A stretch of 52,898 bases of DNA, from positions 62,001 to 114,898 of the forward strand of contig JYFJ02000699.1 in NCBI GenBank assembly GCA_000934665.2. Direction: 5' to 3'. The notes below the pieces were generated by a model. It was not told the DNA's origin. It worked only from the letters and a program-made list of their open reading frames with translations, and searched no databases. The first letter of the stretch is position 1. Each line of letters opens with the position of its first letter. Below are positions 41,107 through 52,898 of the stretch, piece after piece. The DNA comes from Catajapyx aquilonaris (Eukaryota). Made by a program: the position numbers and the translations under genes.

Positions 41107-41733
41107 GTAAAGAGAGTTCGCGTGCACAACTGTCATACTTTTTTTATTCTTTTTGTCCCCCCCCACGAATTGATCCGACCCACATAACTGGAAAAGTGGC
41201 CAGGGTGGGCACGTAATAAATTGGGGCATGTCACACAGACTGCGGATATAATAGTCTTTGCTTTGGATTTTCAAAGCAGTTGTGTTCGATTTCTCTTTAG
41301 AACGGATCCTGGATTTTTGCTGGGTTTGCCTCAGGTTATTTTGCCTGGCACGGTTTGTGTTGTGTCCCGTTATTATTATTATTAATTAATAATCTAATAG
41401 TGTCAACAATAAGGCAAGGACGCCGCATTGATTAGATTGGGATTAATGCATGAGTCGCATTGCTGCTTGCAGTGTAATGCAGGTGCACAATTTGAATAGT
41501 GGTAAAATGTCATTTAATTTATTTGCGTTGCTGTTGTTCTTATTAGTTATTACTGTGGTAATTTGCTTATTAATTACTGAAATTAGCACAGTACGCTGGT
41601 TGAGAATATTGCACTAATATTAAATAATGTGTTACATATGGGATTTTTAAAAATGTGTGGGCGGGTACACTGATGTGAATTAATAAAATGTAATTTTTCA
41701 GTCGCAATGAGGAACTAGTGTGCCTGCGGAGCG

Positions 41734-44700
41734 ATGGGTGCTGTACGCCAGCTGAACCTTCTCTGCGCTGGGGCCCAGTCGTACCACCGACAAATATGTG
41801 CGTCGCAAAAGAATCAGATGGCTTATGCTGCCTGTCAGTCGATCTATGTGTTTCAAGTATGTATAGGTATGCTATGGAGAAAATTTGTCAGGCTTACTAT
41901 ATTGTTGTGTAGTTCAGCACGGCTTACAGCGAATGGCACATCAACTGCATCCTGTCCGATCATCGTCGAAGCATAACCAGCATTGCGTGGCATCCGACGA
42001 AGACGGACTTTCTTGCCAGCAGTGCAGCGGACATGCGCGTGTGCATCTGGTCCGTCCGGCGTCATTGCGTCATCTTCTCCATGTGTACGGACAGTGTGCC
42101 AATACAGGTGGCCTGGAAGCCTGGAGATGCCAACGCTCTTTCCTTTGTGTCGATGGGTGGACCCCTGTTGATATGGCAGTATCCGGCTGGACTCAACAAC
42201 CATCCGATGCCGCACAACAAGGAGCTGTTCATGTCGCCAGTCACGGTCTTCAAATGGAATCCGCGCTGTCCTGGAAAGATAATATTTGGGCATGGAAACG
42301 GTTCTGTCACAATCTGCTGTTCGGACAGGCGAGTCCAGCGGCATGTGTATCTCCCAGGAATGTCTCCGGATCTCCCCGATTCGGTGAGCCAATTTCGTTT
42401 CGGATTAACTTTGAAGTAAGCCGCTGTTAATTTCAGGTAACATCGCTGGAATGGGACCCGCTGTCCGATTGCTATGTACTTCTTGCCTTCAGCTCAGGGT
42501 TTCTGGCTCTGGCGGACACCACCGAAACGCTCACGGTCGTGACTGCTTACCAGTACCCCGTAGCCTGCTCGCCATCCACTGTCGCTTGGCTTCCGAATTG
42601 TCCCGGAATGTTTGTGACTGGTGATGAGGGATCTGGTGTGTTACGGATATGGACTGTGTCGGGTACCAACTCTGTGGAGAATGTGGCCGTAAAGGACATT
42701 GGCTTCAGGGCCATGTGCGTGGTGGACGCAGGGTCGGTGTCAGGAGACGGCTTGGGAGAGACTCTCGGTTCAGCGTACGGAAGCTTGGTTTGTCTCTTTG
42801 AGGACGGAGGTGTTGGCGTCTATGAACTGGCCAGGCGAAAGTGGAGTTACCTTAAAGAAGTGGTGAGTACCACTGATTCCTACGGTACGACCAATTGTTG
42901 ACAAATTTTCTTTGCGTTGTAAAGGCTCACATTGACACCATATTTGACTGCAAGTTTAAGCCAGAGGATAGTGACATACTGGCAACGTCCTCATACGACG
43001 GCAGCGTTAGAACTTGGTCTGTCGCTGACCTCTCGCCGCTTTTGTCCCTCACGCCACCTCGAAGTGACGACACCAAAACGGCGGTGTACTCTATCTCCTG
43101 GGCCCCTGCTGACCTGGGTTGCCTAGCTGCTGCCACATCTGGCCATGGAGTTATCGTGTGGGACGTCCCACGTCAGAAGATGATCCGCCGTCTCCCAACC
43201 CACGATCGAGGCATCCCCTGCGCCTATTCTGTTGCCTGGAACCAGTCTGATCCGAGGCGAATTGCGTCTGGCGGGAGTGACGGATATTGCTACGTGGCAC
43301 AAGTCAACGGCGTTGTTCTTCATGTGTATAAGCATGGGTCGTCCGTCTACGGTTGCGACTGGGCAGACAGGAAGTTGCTGGCGACAGGTTGTGAGGACGG
43401 GAACGTTAGAGTGTTTGACGTGGAAGACAACTCCCCTGAACCTGCAAATATACTTTATGGTGAGGGTACTTATTATACGTAAATATCAGACTGGAAATGA
43501 TTTTCATACATTTCAGGCCACACTGCCAAGGTATTCCACGTGAAGTGGAATCCGACCATAAAAGGTGTCATCTGCAGCGGATCAGACGATTGCACCGTCC
43601 GTGTTTGGGACTACAACAACCTCTTGTGCCTTCGAGTATTGGAGGGACACACTGGGAATGTGCGAGGCTTGGCCTGGTGTCCCGAATTGCCTCATATACT
43701 CGTGTCCGGAAGCTGGGACCACACTTGCAGGGTATGGGACTGTCAGAGCGGGCGAGAGAAGGCTGTGATGCGGGATCACGGAGGGGACATATACGGTCTG
43801 ACTGTGCATCCGTTCAGGCCTTTCCTGCTGGCGTCATGCTCAAGAGACTCGACCGTTAGGACATGGTCGCTTGTACCTTTACTCACCGTGTTGTACGCGA
43901 CGATTGTGGTGAAAGTGCCGCATGAGGTCCCTATCTGCGAGGACACCAAGCACGAATCCTGTGGGAGTGTGAAGCTCTGTGGGCTTAGAGGTCAGCATCT
44001 CCAGACGGTCATGGGCAGAGGAAACCTTTTCAACACCATGCGGAATGTGATCGACATCGTCTCGGTAAATATGCCGTTGCCGCAATGTGTAAGTCAGCAA
44101 CTTATAACGACGCTTGATTTTAGGGCGATGCAAACGTACGCAACTTCCTGGACCTGGTGTGTGTTTCACGAGGCGGCAAGGATTCAGCAAGCGTGTCTCT
44201 TCAGTATGGGGATGGGATTGTACATCAAAAGGACCTCAATAAGCATCTCATGGTGTGTACACACTACATTATGCGCCAGTTTGCAGTTTGACCTTTTTTT
44301 TTCTTATTTAGTCGTCAGCCATCAAGCTTGAGACCAAGACAAACGGCAACACTGTGGGCTCCGAGTCTCGTCTGGAGCAGGTGGCCGCACTGTACCTGAA
44401 GTCGGGTTCGATCCGGAAGTATTGCGAGGTGATGATACAACTTGGGAGGTGGGACCATGCACTGGCCGTGGCTCCAGGAGTGTCCAACAAGTACTGGAGG
44501 TCACTTGCGACTCGGTAAGTACACTCGGATGATCCTAGTTGGTCAATGAACGACGTTACCGATTAATTCATATGTTGCAGACGTGTGGAAATGGGCAAAG
44601 ACGTTGCTTCGTATGCGACTTCAATTGGAGATAGATCTTCACTGGTCAGATTCTACACCGAACGGGGCCAGCTTCACGATGCATTTACTGCAGCACTGGC

Positions 44701-46213
44701 CACAATGCCTCCTGCGAAAGTGGAGGAAGGCATTTCGCCCACGGAAGGGTCGGGGTCCCCAGCAGATGACGCGACACTGGCATCGGCAGCGTCAAGTATG
44801 GCCGCGTGGTTCCAACGCAGAGGGTCGCCTGTGAAGGCTGCCTGCTGCCATCTTGCCGTGGACGATATTGAGGTAATCCAACCGTAGCTTGTATTCATGG
44901 AGTGAAAGCTAATTACCTTGCGATAAACAGGGTGCCTTTGAAACGCTGTACGAAGGAGGCGAGATCGAACTGGTTGCACTGACCTCGGAGCTAGTGGAGG
45001 GAGGCGATGAGTTTGTCACCGCATCGCTGAAGGAGCTGGCCCTCCGATGCAGTAAGCTAGGTCACCATGCGCTTGCGGTACGTGTCCTTGATAAGATCAG
45101 AGATGGTGCTAGGCGAGACGAGGAGATAGCCATGATGCAAATCAGGCTGGACAAGGTTACGGAAGAGACTTGCAAGGCAATAGCGAGGGTGGCAAGTGAT
45201 GATCCGTTGGCCAAAGTGTGGAGATTCATGTGTGATGGGACACCCGAGGTTGGCGTTGCCCTCGGCATCAATGAGATATGTGGTGAGTATTCTCCGATTT
45301 TTACAAGTTCCCTATGAGTTACTTGCATCGTAATTGCAGCGGAGAGGATGGTGAATTCTAACGACTGTTTGTCGATATTTTCACTGACAATGTTCGCACT
45401 TTAATGTGCTAGTTTGTCCTAATTATTTCAGAGACTATTCGCACCAATGAAGAGTGGAATCTGGATTTGGTGTGGCCGCTTTTAACCTGTATACAGCTCC
45501 CTAACTTTGAGGAGCAAGAACTTTATTGTCATCTGGTGAGGATCTTCTTCCTTTCCGCATACCTCGGAGCACACATGGCCATCAGGAAGAATTACACACC
45601 AGTCGTGACGGCCATGCTGAAGCATGCGAAGTAAGAGCGTTGAAAAATACTTGCCGATTGTTATGTCAAGATCATAATGCTTGAAGTTGTGTTGTTTAAA
45701 TGATGTGTTGCGTCTCATTTGGCTGTTGGTTTGTCAGGAGCCTGCTGATCAAGGATGAAACTTTAACTGAGCTTACCGGCATCACTCAAAACTCGATACA
45801 AGAAGAGCAGGAAGCGTGGGGGTCCAAGAGAGACGGAGCGATGATGCAGCGGATAAGACGTCGAATTGGAAAAAGTGTTCGCAGAGGAGGTCCAGTGATG
45901 GTTGCAGGATCAAACCTTCCAACCCACTCAGATGTTCACATGTGCTACGTTACGCAGGAAACCATTCGTGTTAGTCGCATAATAAAAGCCATTTCGCAAT
46001 CCAATTAGTGGTCAGCGATTCTTGCTGAGTTTAAATATTTGAAAATGTGATCCACCTTTCTTGTAACCACACTAATTGTGCTGTTATTTTCAGGGCCCAG
46101 TATTTATATTGGAAGATGGCAAAACTGCGCTGAGTCTCGGAGCAGCCATCATGTGGGCAAGGGTTAACCCTTTCTCGCCACTGATGAACGGGAAGAAGAT
46201 CATTCCCTTCTAA
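41734..46213 (+). CDS. WDR17: WD repeat-containing protein 17 (~1209 aa)
   Basis: Exons 41734-41856, 41913-42383, 42437-42862, 42925-43459, 43517-44064, 44124-44252, 44312-44514, 44581-44872, 44931-45282, 45432-45630, 45738-45969, 46094-46213 (3630 nt). N-terminus VRQLNLLCAG; also VTSLEWDPLS, HIDTIFDCKFKP, GHTAKVFHVKW, AVAPGVSNKYW, AACCHLAVD, GSNLPTHSD; C-terminus GPVFILEDGK..AIMWARVNPFSPL..IIPF. Confidence 0.95.
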
Positions 46214-46665
46214 ACCTAGTCCATGCATTCCGTCCAATGCACACATCACGTGATTATAATCACCACCGCCAATGAGTGATTGACTACATTTAGTGCCTGT
46301 ATACATACTGATGCTCACTTTTATAACTAATATTGCACACTCCGTCCAAATAAATGTGATAACCATAGTCATGTACAGTACATGGTTATTGAAGATGGAC
46401 ATTACACGTACTATTTAAATAAACAGATTCCTTTTTAATGCCTGGGATTTAATTCAATGCTGTACGTAGGTTTATAATTATACTTGTATAATATATCGTA
46501 TTGGTTGTATGAAAGCAAAAAAATGTTCCAAAAAAACACAACCTATCCAAAATTGTATTCCGCAATTGCTGTTAATTTCCGCTGCTTTATCTTTGAACTG
46601 ATAAGGTCTCTTCTCTCAGGTCAGAATTTTGTCATGATTCTCTTTCGCTTGATCTTTCAGTGTGC

Positions 46666-48067
46666 TCATGCAGCAACCAGCAGGTAGAGGTAGAGCCACA
46701 CCGCAGCTATGGAGTAGTATCGTTCCCTGCTCCATGCTCTACAACCAGGAGTGGCGCCATGGAAGTCCACAATCTTGTATGCACTCCCGCTGCCCTTCAC
46801 CGGAGCGAACCCAATCATCTTCTTCTCAATGTCAAAAGCGGTGTAGTATCTACTGATGAAGGGTTGGCCAAGAATCCAGTTGTTCAATTTCCTGCCTTCC
46901 GCGATATTAGTGAAGCAGCATCAATCTGCAAAGAATATGGCCGAAAATTTCCTTCAGATGTAATGCTGCCTTGTTGTTTCTTCCAGCTGCCTTTCCTACG
47001 GACCACCATTGTGTAGTCTTCCCATGAGAAAGTGAAGTTGTATCCTTTCGGATTCTGAGAGGTGGCGGCGTCTGACAACGTGAGGGTGATCGGAGGCAGC
47101 TTGTGGCGCCTGTTACAGTTGACCTGTGTGTGGTGCCAGAGGAAGCCAGATAGTGAGCGGATATCGATGAGTGATCAGATTTCGATCAGCAATTAAGATC
47201 TGAGACTACTTTTTTGGGGGCACCTGCGGTTCATTTCACCTTACCTGGAAGGATACGCTGTCGCTTCTGCCACGATGAGGAGACGGCAATGCGCCAATCA
47301 TCCGGTGGAGCTCCATCACGACTTCAGAGGGTCCAAGGATGAGGCTGGATCCAGTGCGCGTAGCACGGTCCATAGCTCCAGCAGGGGCTCACCCCGTTTC
47401 CGCCTACTTCCATTTGCCTTACTTCCACCTGCCAGGGTTCCACAGTTTATAGTAGTTTATAGTAGTAGTGTCCGCATTTATCCATGTCAATTTTCCCTTG
47501 AAATTCTTTGTGCTAACTCCGCCAAGGGTCAGTTCCCCTACTTGATCTTCCGAACTCTTGTCATCCCTGTCAACCACCAGTCAGCAAAAATTATAGTCAA
47601 TTCAGTAACTCAGATTAGAGAAGGGTAACTTACACTACTCTATACCTGAACGCTAGCGCAGACCCAACTCAACTCACAATATTTTAGTCAGTTGTTCCGT
47701 ACCTGTTCAGATAAAAGGCGAAGATCGGTTCATCGACTTGTTTGCTGTACCACAAGGCGTAAAATAGCGGTATGGGCTTGTATGGTTTCTGTTCGTTGGG
47801 GACGGCCGGAGGGCCCAATCCTAGCATGCCATCAAACTTATATTCGCCAAAGCCACCTCTGCTGGTGTTTGTGATTTCAGCAAAGGTGTGTCGCTGTACA
47901 GTGAGTCCAGCCAACTATAAGAGTAAACAGCCAATCTTATTAACAACACTGCTTGTCAAAGAATTCCAGCAAGTTACATTCTCTGGAATAAGTTATTCTT
48001 ATTTATAAGGGCATGATGTTGAACACTCTGACACTAGGACGATCGCAAGGAAAGCGATTGGATACAT
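46666..48067 (-). pseudogene. Aspartic protease paralog C (pseudogene)
   Basis: A signal-exon remnant at 48067 (MYPIAFLAIV) is followed directly by exon 47914-47703, so the exons with the first DTG are missing. A 10-bp duplication (actactataa twice, ~47447-47466) shifts the frame. The second motif reads CYA-[deletion]-TGSSLI, lacking the Asp. An in-frame TGA occurs near 46922. WILGQPFISRYY and the hydrophobic tail remain. Confidence 0.8.
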
Positions 48068-48534
48068 TAATTTTCTTCCCAGAAATTTATCGACTCATTT
48101 TCAGCCGTGGCAGATGTAAAGAGACGGGCGCGGCACTAGAAGCCTTTTTGATTATTCCACAACAACTAGGTGCTGTAACCAAGGTGTCTGCTGAAGACAA
48201 CAGTCCGTTGATATGGCCAACTTAATTCTTGCTGGTCCTGTAGGCTACGTAAACGATACCAGCATATTCACAAGGATAATTTTTTCATGGAATATAATTT
48301 TTCACCCCTTTGTAAGTAATTCACTAAAAAGTGCACGGCGGAAGTGTCGTATTTATTTGAAGTCATACTGTGTTCAGGTTCAGATTCGGAAAAAAAAACC
48401 CGCAAATTGTCCACAATTTGGCTGTTAATTTATGCTCAAATTATTATTATTTTTGAGTCACACTGTCTCCTCTCACGACATATTCTTCATGGGACATTGT
48501 CGTTACACCGTTAATCTTCACATGGCCAGTGTGC

Positions 48535-49850
<1,316 letters not shown>

Positions 49851-50321
49851 GATATACTTTCAGAAAATATTAATCGTTTCACTTTACCTTAGTTAGATTC
49901 GAAATTAATTGCGTTGTTTTTACCAGCAGGTAATCAAATGAGATGAGTGCACCTATGATAGTAACGATTCCGATGGTTCTCTTATGACAAATAGTCAAGA
50001 AGAAGAAGAAGAGGAAAAAAAGTAAAAGTTGGAAATTCATTTATGAATAAACTCCAGGGCGCCTTTTTCTGTCATAAGACACACACATAAAAATTGCAAT
50101 AATTAAATGCCGGGAAGAGGTGTCACAGTTATTTTTAAATTATACTGGTTATTAGATTACTAAATAGTTCAACAAGAACACAAAAGTGAATTTCACAAGG
50201 AATTTCACATTAATTTACTGTTTATTTATGCTGCATTTTTGTTGTTGTTGAAATGATAAGGCCTGGTCTCATGATACATAATCGTTACGGTATACATCTC
50301 TAATCTTCAAGTGTCCTGTGC

Positions 50322-52445
50322 TCAAGCAGCAACCATCAATAAGTAGAGGTATAACCACACCGCAGCAATCGAGAGGTACCGTCCCATGCTCCATGCTCGG
50401 CAACCAGGTGTCCCCATCCCGTATGTGTCAGGGGTGCCCGTCACTGTAGCAAGTCCAACCACATTACGTTCAATGTCAAAAGCGGCGTAGTATCTACCGA
50501 TGAAGACATCGCCAAGGATCCAGACGTCCTTCATATCGCCACCATGATTGTCAATGTTCATGAAGCAGACTTTGCGGTAACCCTGCAATGAGTAAAGCCG
50601 GAATTATTATAATTATGTCGGTGCAGTTGCAGGTGAATTTCCTACATCCTGGCCGGCCATGACAATGTAATCACTCGATGCCACTGCGAAAGTGTAGCCT
50701 GACAATGCGAAGGTGATCGTAGGGAAGGAGGACACACTGCGACAGTTGACCTGTGTGGTAAGAGAGGAAAGCCAGATCGTAAGCGGACATGGTTTTTGAC
50801 TTGTGAGTGACCATGATTGTGATAGGACTTTTGGGACACCAGGTTAGTTTCACTCACCTCGTACCTGCCTCGTGCTCCAGGAATCCTAGTCGGGAATGCG
50901 CCAGTCTCTCTGTAAATGTCACTCACGGGGCCTGAAGGTCCACTGATAAGGCTGGTTCCGGTGTCTATTATGGCGTAGCACTCCCTGATGGAACGCCCAC
51001 AGGGGTGCATACTACTTCCGCCCAGTGAAATTTGGTCCAATCGTACTGCCCAATGCCCCAGTCTACCCCTGATTGGGACCACCGGCAGCCATTTCAATTC
51101 ATCCTTAAAATACTTCTGGTTCACTCCGCCAAGGGTCAGTTCTCCTCCTTGATCTCGTGAATACGGATCATACTCCTTCAATTCCCTGTTCAGATAAAAG
51201 CCGAAGATGGGTTCATCGACGAGACCCTCGTTCCATAAAGCGGTAAACACTGGAGTCTGATACTCGGATAGTGTTCGTAAGCTCATTCCTAGTATTCCAT
51301 CAAACTGAAATGAATTCCTAGCAAAGTCTTCTTCGCCATTAGTGATTTCAGCAAATGTGTGACCATTTACAGCGACTCCTGCCATCTATAAGAGGGAGGA
51401 AATAAACGGTCAGAACATCAATACTGATTCATCATGAAGTAACTGTAATATTGCTGAACATAATAGACACTTCCATTGTATACTAAATAAAATGTGGATC
51501 ATGCATATCCGGGCTCCACAACGATACTATAAGGTTTGGAATTTTGTGAGGGTATATTTTTCAGATGATAAACTACCGTTAGGCTACACATTGCTCGAAA
51601 TTATTAGGGTTTGAATGTCGTCTTTTCCAAGCTTGGTGCACATATGATGGGAGCCAATTTTAATCTCTGAATTTTCTTGTATACATATGTCATATCTGTT
51701 AAATACTCACATTAACATCGTCATTAGATAAGAATCCAGTTACAGGTCCTGACATGTACTCAAATGTGATTTTCTTTCCGTTCTTAACGTAGGTTTTGGA
51801 TCGGTCGCTGTAATATTTGTACCTCTCGTCTGAAACAAAATGAAATGAGTTGACTGTATTTCCCTGAGAACTTGATCCTCTTACTGCATGCCGCCAAAGA
51901 TTTCGAGCATTCGCTGGACCATATCCACAGGTCAGACGATCCAGTGTCGAAAATCACCATGAACTGTTGTTTTGGGGTTCCGATGGTTATGGGGCCAAAA
52001 TATTGGTTCTGGAGACAAAGACGGACTTTATAATACCTAACATACACATCGGGCTTTGTCTTTGGGTTGTTACGTGGTTGGCATTAACAAAATCAGCAAA
52101 TAAATTGCACGTCCTTGTCGATGAATCTCAACCACGGCGAATACAAAGACAACAACTTGTGTTATGAGCAACTCACATTATAGTAATTCTTCAGGGGGAC
52201 TCTCCTACTGCCTTCAGGTACCCTGAGGTCGAGATGAGTAATGTTCCCCGAGTCTCTCCCACTGTCTATGGCCAAGCTGACTGGTATTACCTTCGTGAGG
52301 GGAATGCTGTCCGGAAAGAAGTGTTTGTCAATCACTGCGATTGGTAATCATATTGCCGGAACGACGGTGGAGATTATTACCTGATCAGCCCGTGACAGGA
52401 GCCAAGAGAAAAGATGATTATCGCAATCAAAGCGATTTGAGACAT
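50322..52445 (-). CDS. Pepsin/cathepsin D-E-like A1 aspartic protease with C-terminal hydrophobic (GPI-like) tail, paralog A (~443 aa)
   Basis: Exons 52445-52381 (signal [19 protein letters not shown]), 52306-52177, 52008-51885 ([13 protein letters not shown]), 51829-51711 (flap FEYMSG), 51385-50858 ([28 protein letters not shown]), 50750-50646, 50582-50322 ([12 protein letters not shown] ... [16 protein letters not shown]). Total 1332 nt, phases consistent. Confidence 0.9.
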
Positions 52446-52898
52446 CGTGGGTATTCTACGCAGATTTATCAACTCATTTTATGGGGTGACCGCTGTAAAG
52501 AGACGGCACTAGAATCTGACTATTCCGCAACAACTATAGGCCTACGTACAACAATGTCTGCATCGAGGTAACTATGGCGTCTGGACACAATAGTTCGTTG
52601 CTTTGGCCATTTTTTTTCTTGCTTGCACATTGGCAACATGCGTCATTACGAACATACATCGCCCGTAGATTGCAAAAAGAACAGCCATCGTTGAAACAGT
52701 GCTGTCAAACAACTTGTCAAAATAAAAGTGGGTGTTGACATATGACTGGTGAGCCACCTGGTTGATTTTCCTTTGAAAGTTCTTCTGGCACTATAAATTG
52801 AGCCACACTTTTTCTGACCTTTTTGTGGAGACGTCACAATGACCTCTTCTGGTGTTGAGTAAAGTTACATTGGTAAGGATGCACTTTAGCCCCCCCAA

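Noticed and set aside
41853..45328. Antisense and alternate-frame ORFs over WDR17 (similarly over BBS7, the esterase and ELOVL)
   Set aside because: Shadow ORFs caused by GC-richer coding sequence.

Overview
Eukaryotic genomic DNA from an invertebrate metazoan, probably a non-dipteran arthropod (inference). It has GT-AG introns, many about 50-80 bp. I assembled seven intact spliced genes by hand, with splice phases consistent and CDS lengths divisible by 3: a DUF7153-like uncharacterised protein (+), TTLL12 (-) head-to-head with BBS7 (+), a secreted carboxylesterase-family protein lacking the nucleophilic Ser (+), an ELOVL4-like elongase (-) head-to-head with WDR17 (+), and a pepsin/cathepsin D-like aspartic protease (-) with a C-terminal GPI-like tail. 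The protease has two pseudogenised tandem paralogs downstream. Introns hold several non-autonomous DNA transposons (a 740-bp element with perfect 33-bp TIRs and an 8-bp TSD, two abutting TA-flanked MITEs, others) and minisatellites. Most notable: a fixed-spacing TGGCAA(C/T)...ATGGCGG module in front of TTLL12, BBS7 and WDR17; the tailed protease array with an intron presence/absence difference; and the pseudo-esterase. No rRNA, tRNA or CRISPR was seen. Family assignments rest on motif recall, not database searches.
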